This document shows positions 1-8,461 of a DNA stretch of 64,000 bases, one piece after another. The translations under genes were made by a program, and so were the position numbers. The stretch is from an uncultured Bacteriovoracaceae bacterium. Its GTDB lineage: Bacteria > Bdellovibrionota > UBA2428. The stretch is taken from positions 3,320 through 67,319 of the forward strand of contig CALFZE010000048.1 in the NCBI GenBank assembly GCA_937952285.1, in the 5' to 3' direction. The notes under the pieces were generated by a model. That model was not told where the DNA came from. It did not search any database and saw only the letters and a program-made list of their open reading frames with translations. The first letter of the stretch is position 1. Each line of letters opens with the position of its first letter.

Positions 1-583
1 GCTGTTCGTAACGCCGGGGCGACCATTCCTTCGCGAATTCGCCGGCGGCGAAGATGTCGTAGTTGGCGGCGTTGATCTTGCGGAAGAGGGACTTCTTGAG
101 GACGGGGTCGGCTTGGATCTCGGTCTCGAGTTGCTTCATGAAGGCCGCGTTCATCTCGGCGATGAACTTGATCGGGTCTTCCTGTGCGCCCTGGATGAGA
201 CCGTCCTTGATCGCGCCCGCGCCGAAAGCGAAGAGCTTGGCGTCGATGACGTTCGGGTGCGGCCAGCGGTCGCCGCCCATCACGTCGAGGCCCGCGCCGC
301 CGCCGCCGTTCGCGCCGCGGTCGAAGCGGATCTGTTTGATGAGGTCCGGATGCAGGTAGTCCACGCCGTTGTCGATGATGGCCACGTCGATGCGGCTGCG
401 CGGGTCGCCGAAACCGCGTGACAGTTGGCTCGAGCTCGGTCGCGGATTCGCGAAGCGATCGAGGGCCTTGGGGAGCTCCTTGCGATCGGCGAAGATCTCT
501 TCGGGCTTCTGCGAGGGAGTCAGGCACCCTCCGAACGAAAGACCGGCGAGGACGTAGGCTTTGGTGGAGAAACGCTTTTTCAA
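1..583 (-). CDS. Subtilisin-like serine protease (peptidase S8), N-terminal part; gene runs off window start. Lipoprotein-type signal peptide.
   Basis: Reverse-strand translation from TTG at 583, with GGAGG 7 nt upstream, gives LKKRFSTKAYVLAGLSFGGCLTPSQ...RIDVAIIDNGVDYLHPDL. The lipobox LAGLSFGGC and the subtilase Asp-motif (V/I)AIIDxG(V/I)D are present. No stop before position 1. The supplied ORF track does not list it because it is incomplete. Confidence 0.6.
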   Translation of the reverse strand, partial: MKKRFSTKAYVLAGLSFGGCLTPSQKPEEIFADRKELPKALDRFANPRPSSSQLSRGFGDPRSRIDVAIIDNGVDYLHPDLIKQIRFDRGANGGGGAGLDVMGGDRWPHPNVIDAKLFAFGAGAIKDGLIQGAQEDPIKFIAEMNAAFMKQLETEIQADPVLKKSLFRKINAANYDIFAAGEFAKEWSPRRYEQ

Positions 584-770
584 GGTGGGACCTCCGAAGT
601 TGAGAACTCTTATCGATGGATCCGCCCGAGAAACTGAGGGGATCGAAAACAAATCGTCGCGGTCGAAGAAAGCCGTGGAGCGTCTAAAACTTAGACACTT
701 TCGCGCGGGGGCGAGGCGCCGGAAGCCCTCGCCCCGCTTGGATCGCGCTTTGCTAGTTCCGTCCCTAAGC

Positions 771-2321
771 ATGCGAGAATTCGGCGTCCCGAGAAGCCGC
801 CTCCTCCTCGTCGGGCTCCTGCTCGCCCTGGGAGCTTGCGGGAAGCCCCGCGCTCCGGTCGCGCCGAAGCCGCTCGCGCCGGCGGAACTGGTCGACGAAA
901 AAGACCTGGAGTTCCGCTACGACGCCGATACGCAGGCCTGCCGAAACGCCAAGGGCGAGACGGGCTTCAACGAGAATCGCGTCGTCGAATGCGGCCGCGT
1001 GAAGGGCGTCAAGCTCGAAGGCTACAACCACGAAGGGCGCAACCTGCGCGGACTCGTGTTGGAGACCAGTCGCCTCGCGAATTCCGTGTTTCGCGGAGCC
1101 GACCTGACCGGCGCGACGTTTCGTCGCTGCGATTTGTCGGGATCGATCTTCGAGGGCGCCCAGCTCGCGAGAGCTTCCTTCGTGGCCCATCCGAGCAACT
1201 TTATCCTTGGGCCCGAGGCCTTCGCGGGCGCGCGCTTTGATCGTTTCACGTTTTTCTCCGCCGGCCTCGTGAACTACGGGGAGCTGATCCTCAAGAACCC
1301 GATCGCCGAAGCGGCCGGCGAAAAATCTTCGATTCTTGTGGACGACGAGGTCCCGGCCGCGGAGGCGGCGCTCTTCCGTTACGACGTCGCCCGTCTCGGC
1401 GATCTTCCGCGCCCGGTCGCGAAAGGCGACCCTCGCTTCGTGCGAAGGCTTTTCGGCGAGCTCGCGTCCGCCGGCGACTGGCAACGCTTCTTCGCGGAGC
1501 GGACTCGGCGCCTCGTCCATGATCAGAAAACCCGCGAAAGCCCGATCACCATCGCGGTCAACCTGTCGCCGACGGCCTTCGCCGCGTCGAACGATCAGCG
1601 TCTCCTCGACCTCGAAGAGATCCTTTCGGACCTCCGGCGCTCCATCGGGCTCGTGCCCGCCTGGCTGCCCCGGAGCATCGAGAACCTTCCGCTCCTGAGG
1701 CTCGGCGGCGAACCCGTACTTTACGAAACGCCCGCCGCGGGCGTCATGGCGCTCGGTCAAAGCTACTCCGCCCGGCCGATCTTGGATCGGCTCGAGACGC
1801 TTTTGCACGAGGTGCGCCACGCGGACTGCCCGGTCGCCGTCGACGACGAGGATCGGCGTTTCGTCGAGGAGTTCCCCGCGAAGATCAAAGCCTTGCGCGA
1901 AGATTTGCTGAGCCTCCGTCCGTTGGCGGAGCGCGAAAGCGCCCATCGCGCGGTCGAATCCGAGATCAAGCGCCTCGAGGAATCCCTCGACACGCTCGAA
2001 TCTCGGCTCGAGCAGGCAACCAAGCGCTTGATGGGACGTCAGTGCAATTTTGCCCACGTCCGATGCCCGATGGACCATCCGACCAAAGCCTACCGCGGCC
2101 TTTACGCTTGCGATCGCATGGCGTGGGGAGCCTACGCGGTCGGGGCGGCCTTCCTTACCAAGATGGCGAAGGACTGTCCGACTTGCCCGGCCGAAACGAA
2201 GGCGCAGGCCGAGATCGAGGCCGCCGACCAGTTCGATCGTCTGTTGAACCTCGAAAGCATGATGGGATCGAAGGCCGAGAAGCCGCCCACCGCTTACTGG
2301 CGGGAGCCGGTGAAGCGATGA
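771..2321 (+). CDS. Pentapeptide-repeat lipoprotein with Cys-rich C-terminus (hypothetical)
   Basis: Internal ATG at 771 of ORF 561..2321 gives MREFGVPRSRLLLVGLLLALGACGKP, a signal peptide plus lipobox. Tandem A(D/N)LxG/ADLTGATFRRCDLSGSIFEGAQLARASF pentapeptide repeats follow. C-terminus carries a CNFAHVRCP...DCPTCP cysteine cluster. Confidence 0.55.
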   Translation: MREFGVPRSRLLLVGLLLALGACGKPRAPVAPKPLAPAELVDEKDLEFRYDADTQACRNAKGETGFNENRVVECGRVKGVKLEGYNHEGRNLRGLVLETSRLANSVFRGADLTGATFRRCDLSGSIFEGAQLARASFVAHPSNFILGPEAFAGARFDRFTFFSAGLVNYGELILKNPIAEAAGEKSSILVDDEVPAAEAALFRYDVARLGDLPRPVAKGDPRFVRRLFGELASAGDWQRFFAERTRRLVHDQKTRESPITIAVNLSPTAFAASNDQRLLDLEEILSDLRRSIGLVPAWLPRSIENLPLLRLGGEPVLYETPAAGVMALGQSYSARPILDRLETLLHEVRHADCPVAVDDEDRRFVEEFPAKIKALREDLLSLRPLAERESAHRAVESEIKRLEESLDTLESRLEQATKRLMGRQCNFAHVRCPMDHPTKAYRGLYACDRMAWGAYAVGAAFLTKMAKDCPTCPAETKAQAEIEAADQFDRLLNLESMMGSKAEKPPTAYWREPVKR

Positions 2322-2881
2322 GACGGGTGGGATTCTTTTTCGCCCTCGCGATGATCGCGTTGTCGGCGATCCTCGCGCTGCGGCCGGGTTCGCCGGCGGG
2401 GGATCTCGTCGAGTCGAAAGCACGCTCCGTCGTCGAGAAGTCCGAGTCGGTCGCGTCGACCTCGGACGCGACCGTGCCCACGGCGAAGCCGCGGCCCGAG
2501 CCTTCTTCGGCCGTTCGGAAGCCCGTCTCGCCCCGCTTACGATCCGCGCTGCCGCCGGCGTCGTCCCTGCGCGCCGAAGCCGCCCACGATCCGCATTCGT
2601 CGCCGCCGTCGCTCGGGACTTTCGCGCGCGAACTCGAGGGCATGATCGCCGAAGCTCTCCACGATCCGCTTTCGGCGGCCGCGCTCGTCGAGGAACTGTC
2701 TTCCTGCGCGCTCGGCCGCATGGACGCCGCGACCCAAAGCACGGCCGTTCGAGTTCACTGCGTCCGCAAGCTGCGTGTATTGGGCCGCGCTTACCCGGGC
2801 CGTTTCGACGAGCGGGTCGCCGGCGTCGAGCGGGCCCTGGACCGACGCTCCAAACTCATTCTCGACGCAATGGAGCGCTGA
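2318..2881 (+). CDS. Hypothetical secreted protein
   Basis: ATG overlaps the upstream stop (ATGA). N-terminus MRRVGFFFALAMIALSAILALRP is signal-peptide-like. Ala/Ser/Pro-rich low-complexity body. No recognisable domain. Confidence 0.4.
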   Translation: MRRVGFFFALAMIALSAILALRPGSPAGDLVESKARSVVEKSESVASTSDATVPTAKPRPEPSSAVRKPVSPRLRSALPPASSLRAEAAHDPHSSPPSLGTFARELEGMIAEALHDPLSAAALVEELSSCALGRMDAATQSTAVRVHCVRKLRVLGRAYPGRFDERVAGVERALDRRSKLILDAMER

Positions 2882-3802
2882 TCAAAGTTTCGACCAGACC
2901 AGGTTGCGGAGCTCGTTGTAGAGGTTCACGTAGTTGTTGAACTGCGCGTCCGACAAAGACCCGAAAAACGCGAAGGACAGGAGCTCGCTCGAGCAGGACC
3001 CCTTGAGCGGGAAGGTCGCGACGACCGTCTTGCCGGCCGCTTGGGTGTAACCCAGCTTGTAGAGGTAACCGGACGAGGCGCCCTGGACGCCCGCGCTTTC
3101 GAGCGTCGAGCGGAAGCCCGAGTTCTTCATGATCGCGCCCGCGATGCGCGCGAGCTCCGACGCCGTGGACTGCTGGCGACGGGTCGTGCCGGTGAAGCGA
3201 TAGGTGTCGGAGCTGTCCGTGAGGCCGCTCGGGTTCTGGAAGTAGGATTGCGCGTTGGCGCCGAGCAGGCTCTGCGCCTCCGAGTTCAAGCGCGTCATGA
3301 AGGCGTTCACGCTGCCGGCGGCGCCGCGGCCGAGGGCCTGGGCCGCGCCGTTCGAGGACTTCATGATGAGGCTGTAGAGATACTCGGACTGGTTGAGCTT
3401 CTCGCCCACGAGCACGGTGCGTCCCGTGTCGGGGTGCACGGCCCGGTTGCCTTGCTCGTCGAAGAAGAGGTCGCTGTCGGTGAAGGCCGTCTCGCGGCTG
3501 AGTCCGCCGAACTTGTAGGCCGTCCAGGCGGTCATGATCTTCTGGGTCGAGGCGACGGGTTGCGCGACCGAAGCGTTGCGCTCCAGCAGGCTTTGCGCGA
3601 CGCCGCCGTTCGAGCCGATGCGGTAGACCGCGCCGGCCGGTCCGCGGCCGTTCGAGCCGGAGGGAACGTAGCGGTTCATGATCGCGGTGATCTCGCTCGA
3701 CGAGACGTTGATCTGGCAGGGAGCTTTGGCGCCGGCGGCGACCGCGGCATGCGGGATCGCGAAGAGAAAAAGGGTGAAGCTGAGAGTCTTGGCGTGTTTC
3801 AT
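2882..3802 (-). CDS. D-alanyl-D-alanine carboxypeptidase (peptidase S11 / PBP5-like), secreted
   Basis: Signal peptide MKHAKTLSFTLFLFAIPHAAVAAG. SxxK motif (ASTQKIMTA), SxN motif (MKSSNGAA) and a KTG-like box (YKLGYTQAAGKTVVA) sit in the same order and spacing as E. coli DacA (ASLTKMMT / LQSGND / IKTGHT). Confidence 0.7.
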   Translation of the reverse strand: MKHAKTLSFTLFLFAIPHAAVAAGAKAPCQINVSSSEITAIMNRYVPSGSNGRGPAGAVYRIGSNGGVAQSLLERNASVAQPVASTQKIMTAWTAYKFGGLSRETAFTDSDLFFDEQGNRAVHPDTGRTVLVGEKLNQSEYLYSLIMKSSNGAAQALGRGAAGSVNAFMTRLNSEAQSLLGANAQSYFQNPSGLTDSSDTYRFTGTTRRQQSTASELARIAGAIMKNSGFRSTLESAGVQGASSGYLYKLGYTQAAGKTVVATFPLKGSCSSELLSFAFFGSLSDAQFNNYVNLYNELRNLVWSKL

Positions 3803-3895
3803 GACTCTCTCTTCGGAAGAGAATCACGCGGGCCTTAACTCGCCCTTCTCGGACCGGGGCGTCGAAGCCGTACGGATCGCCGCGGCGACAGACCG

Positions 3896-4600
3896 TTAGG
3901 GGAGCTCTTCGCGGAGCTCCATCCAGATCTCGTGGTAGTGCCAGGCGGGTGGGGCGTCGGGCTCCTGGTGATGGTCGGGGCGCAGGCGCAATCCCCGCGT
4001 GGCGCGGAGAACCTCACGGACATTCTCGTTCTGCGCGAGTTTGGCCGCCATGGCTTCGCGAATAATCCGGTAGTGCTCGCCTTTTTCCGAGGTCCAGTAC
4101 GGAAAACGTCGTCCCTCAAAACTGACCCAGTCGATCCCGAGCTTCTTCATGTTCGCGCGCGCGCCGTCCCCCGCGCGTTTGGCGGCGAAGGCCGTCATTC
4201 CTTCGACCTGTTCGCGGGTGAACTTCCACTCGATTTCCGCGGACCGCGCGCTCGGATCCTCGGGTCCTTCCGGAAAGAGCATCGCCTGCCAAAATCCCTC
4301 GACGCTTGCGTAACGCTTTCCACGATACGCAAAGGGCGTCGCCGCAAAATTCGAAAGCAACCCCAACTCGTTTCGCTTCGAGAGAATCACCTCTCCAGGC
4401 CCCGCCGCCTGCGGCAAAATCTCCCAAGCCGGCGCCCCCGCCGCCTCAACGGCGGCAAACCAATGCGAAGGATAATTCGCTCTCTTCACATCCGCAGTGG
4501 CGGCGCAGCCAGCCACCAACAAAAAAGCCACAAGAATCTGCCCCCCAGAACGCGCCAGGAGGCTTGGGCGCAAGGCCGCAGGGAGCGAAGTGTATTTCAT
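3896..4600 (-). CDS. NADAR-domain protein (YbiA-like N-glycosidase family), lipoprotein
   Basis: LGLLSNFAATPFAYRGKRYASVEGFWQAMLF matches YbiA FSNFAAWPI..DGKTWPTSEHYFQAQKF. C-terminal IWMELREEL matches YbiA LLMELREQL. N-terminal lipobox LLVAGCAA. Confidence 0.65.
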   Translation of the reverse strand: MKYTSLPAALRPSLLARSGGQILVAFLLVAGCAATADVKRANYPSHWFAAVEAAGAPAWEILPQAAGPGEVILSKRNELGLLSNFAATPFAYRGKRYASVEGFWQAMLFPEGPEDPSARSAEIEWKFTREQVEGMTAFAAKRAGDGARANMKKLGIDWVSFEGRRFPYWTSEKGEHYRIIREAMAAKLAQNENVREVLRATRGLRLRPDHHQEPDAPPAWHYHEIWMELREELP

Positions 4601-4646
4601 ATACTCGAGCGACCGAGAACGCCGCGGCCAAGCCTTCTGGCGCGTT

Positions 4647-5450
4647 CTAGTCGACGACGTTTTCGCCGCCGTCGATCCGGATCGTGTTTCCGGTCATGAA
4701 ATCGAAGTGCGGCAAACAGAACGCCACGAGCGACTGGGCGACGTCATCGGGCGTCGTGAGGCGCTTCATCGGGTTACGGCCCTGGGCGACTTCGATCATC
4801 TTCTCGTTGCCCGGGATCTTGCGAAGCGCCGGGGTGTCGGTGACGCCGGCGAGCAGCGCGTTCGCCGTGACGCCGAGGGGCGCGAGTTCGAGCGCCAGCT
4901 GCCGGCAGTAGCTCTCGAGCGCGGCCTTGGCGGCACTCACCGCGCCGTAGCTCGTCCAGACCCGCGAAGAGCCGGCCGAGGTCATCGCGAAAATGCGGGC
5001 GCCGCGGCAAAAGAGTCCGGCGCGGGCGAGATCCTGGGTCCAGTAGATGAGCGAACTCGCCATGACGTCCAGGGTCATGTCGACTTGGGCTTTGGTCAGG
5101 GAATCTTCGGGCGTCGCGCCGACGAGCGGCTTGAGGGCGCCGAAGGCGAGGGAGTGCATGAGCACGCGAACGCGTCCGTTCGCCCGCTCCTTGAGCTGGG
5201 CGACAACTTCTTGGCGCTTGGCCTCGTCGGCGGCGTTCGCATTCACGAAGACGACCTCGCGTCCCATCGCTTTGAGGTCGGCCTGAAGGCTTTCGACGTG
5301 GGCCATGCCGGCTTTGCGGTCCAAATGGACGCCGAAGATGTTGAAACCGGCCTCCGCCAAGCGCCGGCAGGCGGCTTCGCCGAATCCGCTCGAAGCGCCA
5401 AGAACGAGAGCCCAATCACCTTTGAAGAATCCGTTGAATTCCTTCGACAT
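4647..5450 (-). CDS. SDR-family enoyl-[acyl-carrier-protein] reductase, FabL/FabI-like
   Basis: Start placed at internal ATG (MSKEFNGFFKGDWALVLGASSGFGEAACRRLAEAGFNIFGV), a glycine-rich NAD(P)-binding loop. Active site YGAVSAAK has Y-x6-K spacing, typical of FabI/FabL enoyl reductases rather than the classical SDR Y-x3-K. The upstream extension in the ORF track overlaps the fliD start on the other strand and lacks GC3 bias. Confidence 0.55.
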   Translation of the reverse strand: MSKEFNGFFKGDWALVLGASSGFGEAACRRLAEAGFNIFGVHLDRKAGMAHVESLQADLKAMGREVVFVNANAADEAKRQEVVAQLKERANGRVRVLMHSLAFGALKPLVGATPEDSLTKAQVDMTLDVMASSLIYWTQDLARAGLFCRGARIFAMTSAGSSRVWTSYGAVSAAKAALESYCRQLALELAPLGVTANALLAGVTDTPALRKIPGNEKMIEVAQGRNPMKRLTTPDDVAQSLVAFCLPHFDFMTGNTIRIDGGENVVD

Positions 5451-5547
5451 GGGCCCCTTTAAACACGCCCCGGATTTCACGTCAAAACACTGGCTGGAGA
5501 GGGCGCCTCCGAAACGAGAACATGGATGTCGGAGGGGTACGATCGCT

Positions 5548-6918
5548 ATGGATCTCGAAAACATCGCATTCGATTCGTCCCTGACGAATCCCAATCTTCA
5601 GAAGGCGCTCGTACGGGTCGCGCGCGCGGGACAAAAACCGCTCGAGAAGTTCGACGAGAAAATCCAGAAGATCACGGATCGCAAACAGGCGATCGGCGAT
5701 CTGAAGGGCAAGTTCTCCGAGATCAAGGACGCGCTCAGCCCGATTCGGAATACTTCCGAGTTTCGCGACCTCAAGGCGACTTCGTCGCAGCCCGAGCTCG
5801 TGAACGTGACGTCCGTCGACAAGGAAAAGGCCGCGCCGGGCACTTACGACATCGAAGTCCTCAACACGGCGAACACGAACTCGATCATGACCTACGGATT
5901 TCCCGATCGCGATCAGACGCGCGTCGGCATCGGCTACATCAGCTTCGAGACGCCCGAGGGCGAGAGCCGCGAGATTTACATCAACTCCGACAACAACACG
6001 CTGGACGGCGTCGCGAGCGCGATCAACGCCTCGCGGAGCGGCGTCACGGCGCAGGTCATCAACGACGGTACGGACTCCGACGAGCCGTGGAAGCTGCTCA
6101 TCACGAGCGAACATACCGGGTGGAAGAACAACTTCGAGTGGCCGAGCTTCAACATGCTCGACGGCGAACTCGAGTTCGACCACGATCGTCTCCGCGAGGG
6201 GAAAAGCGCCACGCTCCGGATCAACGGCCATCCCGTCATGGTCGACGAGAACAAGGTCAAGGATCTCATCCCGGGCCTGACCTTCGACCTGAAGAATGCC
6301 GAGCCGGGCAAGCGCATCACGATCGAGGTCCAGCCCGACATCGAGAAGGTCGGCGCCAAGGTCAAGAACTTCGTCGAGAAGATGAACGGGGTTCTCGGCT
6401 ACATCCAATCGCAACACTCGCGCGGCGCGGATTCCCGCAAGGACAAGACCAAGCTCTTCCAGGGCGACGTCGGCCTGCAGGCCATCGAAAGCCGCATGCG
6501 CAGCGTGATCCAGCAGGCGCACTCGCGCAATCCCTCGCAGATCGAGGCCCTCCGCGACGTCGGCATCGTCTTTAACCGCAACGGCACGCTCGATTTCGAC
6601 GAGAAGAAGTTCCAGTCCAAGCTCGAGTCGAACTTCGACGAGGTCGCGCACATGTTCGGCGGGTCCGGCGGGCTGGGCGGCTTCGCCGGCGAGATGATGC
6701 GTCTCGTGGACGGCGTCGTCCGGAGCGGAGACGGCATGCTCTCCCAGCGAGAGAAGGCGGCGACGGATCAGGCGAACAAGCTTCAGGGCGAGAAGGACCG
6801 CGCCACGGCGCGGGCCGAAGAGCGGATGCAAAAGGTCAAGGCGCAGTTCGGCCGGGTCGAAGCGGCCCTGCAGAACATGCAGAACATGGGCGGAGTGGCT
6901 CAAGGGGCCGGGGGTTAG
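5548..6918 (+). CDS. fliD: Flagellar filament capping protein FliD (hook-associated protein 2)
   Basis: Start at internal ATG with GGAGGGG 7-10 nt upstream. N- and C-terminal coiled-coil segments flank a central cap domain. Overall FliD_N / FliD_C-like composition (KFDEKIQKITDRKQAIGDLKGKFSEIKDAL ... ATDQANKLQGEKDRATARAEERMQKVKAQFGRVEAALQNMQ). Immediately followed by fliS. Confidence 0.8.
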   Translation: MDLENIAFDSSLTNPNLQKALVRVARAGQKPLEKFDEKIQKITDRKQAIGDLKGKFSEIKDALSPIRNTSEFRDLKATSSQPELVNVTSVDKEKAAPGTYDIEVLNTANTNSIMTYGFPDRDQTRVGIGYISFETPEGESREIYINSDNNTLDGVASAINASRSGVTAQVINDGTDSDEPWKLLITSEHTGWKNNFEWPSFNMLDGELEFDHDRLREGKSATLRINGHPVMVDENKVKDLIPGLTFDLKNAEPGKRITIEVQPDIEKVGAKVKNFVEKMNGVLGYIQSQHSRGADSRKDKTKLFQGDVGLQAIESRMRSVIQQAHSRNPSQIEALRDVGIVFNRNGTLDFDEKKFQSKLESNFDEVAHMFGGSGGLGGFAGEMMRLVDGVVRSGDGMLSQREKAATDQANKLQGEKDRATARAEERMQKVKAQFGRVEAALQNMQNMGGVAQGAGG

Positions 6919-6925
6919 TTAGGTC

Positions 6926-7321
6926 ATGAGTTACGGAGCGAAGTCCTACAAAAGCACGAGCATCCAGACGGCGACGCCGGAGCAGGTTCTTCTCATGCTC
7001 TACGAGGGGGCCATCAAGGCGACGAAGCTCGCCAAGCTCGCCATCGAGAAAAAGAACATGGCCGAGAAAGGCAAGCAGATCGGCAAGGTCCATGACATCC
7101 TCATGGAGCTTTCGAACACGCTCGATCACTCCAAGTCGCCCGACGTTTCGGGGCAGCTTTCCTCGCTTTACGACTTCTGTATCGCGCAGTTGTTCAAGGC
7201 GAACATGGAGAACGATGCGAACTCGCTCGATTCCGTCGTTAAGGTGCTGACGACCCTTTACGAAGGGTGGGTCTCGGCGGTTCAGGAAATCCGGAAGACG
7301 GCCAAGAAGGAGAAGACGTGA
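6926..7321 (+). CDS. fliS: Flagellar export chaperone FliS
   Basis: 131 aa, four-helix FliS-like sequence (ATPEQVLLMLYEGAIKATKLAK ... LYDFCIAQLFKANMEND ... LYEGW). Sits directly downstream of fliD. Confidence 0.8.
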   Translation: MSYGAKSYKSTSIQTATPEQVLLMLYEGAIKATKLAKLAIEKKNMAEKGKQIGKVHDILMELSNTLDHSKSPDVSGQLSSLYDFCIAQLFKANMENDANSLDSVVKVLTTLYEGWVSAVQEIRKTAKKEKT

Positions 7322-7662
7322 AGATCACCGTGGAAGCCCTCCTCAAGAAGCTCGGGCAGCTCGACCAACGCCTTCTGAACATCTGGGTTTCCGAGGACGC
7401 GGACCTCTCCGACGACGAGCGCTGGGAAATCTTCGCGGTTCTGCTCGAGAGCCGCGTCGAATTGCTCGCCGTGTTGCGTGACGCGGGTCACCGGCTGACG
7501 CCCGAGATTTGCCTGCCGCCGTGGCTCGATCGTCTGACTTCGCGCAAACGCGAAGTTCGCTTGCGTGAACTCAAGACGACGCTCGAAGAAAAGCGGTCGC
7601 GGGATCGCATTTCCGCGTATCGTGAAGTAGCCTCAGCTCCGGGGGAGTCTGAAAATACGTGA
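7318..7662 (+). CDS. Hypothetical small helical protein in the FliT position downstream of fliS
   Basis: GTG start overlaps the fliS stop (GTGA). About 114 aa, acidic and helical (DLSDDERWEIFAVLLESRVELLAVLRD). Position matches the fliD-fliS-fliT pattern only. No sequence-level FliT call is possible. Confidence 0.35.
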   Translation: MKITVEALLKKLGQLDQRLLNIWVSEDADLSDDERWEIFAVLLESRVELLAVLRDAGHRLTPEICLPPWLDRLTSRKREVRLRELKTTLEEKRSRDRISAYREVASAPGESENT

Positions 7663-8411
7663 GCTCGGTTCGAGATACTTTTGCCGAAAGATTCGAAGCT
7701 TCTCGCATCCTCTATAGGCATGGCGAGAAGCAGGAAGCCAAGGCGCTCCTGCGCCATCTCTGGGAAGCGCCCTACCGCAAACCGATCCACGAGTTTCGCG
7801 TCTTCTGCGCGCTCATGGAAGTCTGGTGCTTCGAGAATCCTCGCGCGGTCCTCGGGTTCCTCGAGAGCCTGATCCTCGGCGAGGGCGACCTGCAGGCGTT
7901 CTGGGCCCGTCGTTCCTTGGCCGAGCAGGCCTGCCTCTTCGAGTGGCACGGGCAGTTGGCCTTCGCCACGGGCGACGATTTTCTCGCGCTCGAAAGTCTC
8001 GCGCGCGCCGCCTCGCTCGGCCGCGACACGAGCCTGCTGTGGCGCTTGCTCGCGACCTTGCACGCCAATCACGGCGAGCTCGACCTCGCGGTCCGTTATT
8101 GCCGCCGTAGCCTGAATCTCTTCAAGCAACTCGAACTCGACATCCTCGGGACGCACGCCGACGCGCTCGGCTGGTTCTCGGGCGAGCATCCGCTCCGTTT
8201 CGAATCGGGCGTCGAGCCCTACATGAAGATCCTGTTGCTCGTCACTCGCCTGGCCAAGAGCCACCGCAACTTGCGGGCCGTGCGCGAGCTGCTCGTCGAG
8301 CTCATCCACTGCTTCCCCGACGAAGGGCGCTTGCACCGGATCCGGCTCATGCTCGAGCGGTCGATCGTCGAGTCGAGTCTCACGTCGACGGCGATCGAAG
8401 CGCCGCGCTAG
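7659..8411 (+). CDS. Hypothetical helical-repeat (TPR-like) protein
   Basis: GTG start overlaps the preceding stop. 250 aa, alpha-helical repeat composition, no catalytic motifs. Co-directional and translationally coupled with the fliD-fliS unit. Confidence 0.4.
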   Translation: MSSVRDTFAERFEASRILYRHGEKQEAKALLRHLWEAPYRKPIHEFRVFCALMEVWCFENPRAVLGFLESLILGEGDLQAFWARRSLAEQACLFEWHGQLAFATGDDFLALESLARAASLGRDTSLLWRLLATLHANHGELDLAVRYCRRSLNLFKQLELDILGTHADALGWFSGEHPLRFESGVEPYMKILLLVTRLAKSHRNLRAVRELLVELIHCFPDEGRLHRIRLMLERSIVESSLTSTAIEAPR

Positions 8412-8461
8412 GCTCCGTTCCGCCTTTCCTTCACGGAATCTTCATTTGGGCTCCGCTTCCC

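Noticed and set aside
765-2423. Long reverse-strand ORFs overlapping annotated genes (e.g. 765..2423 -, 2856..3827 -, 5482..6903 -, 12307..13824 -, 13307..15370 -, 15702..17270 -, 19828..21624 -, 22380..23771 -, 36753..38258 -, 46368..48095 -, 54526..56985 -)
   Set aside because: They are Arg/Pro/Gly/Ala-rich with no domain signatures, typical antisense artefacts of GC3-biased genes. The opposite-strand ORFs carry clear conserved motifs (FliD, CpaC, CpaF, TolB, GlmS, PrkA, Map and others).
5451-5547. Sigma28/FliA promoter upstream of fliD
   Set aside because: TAAA-N15-CGTCAAAA is only a partial match to TAAA-N15-GCCGATAA.
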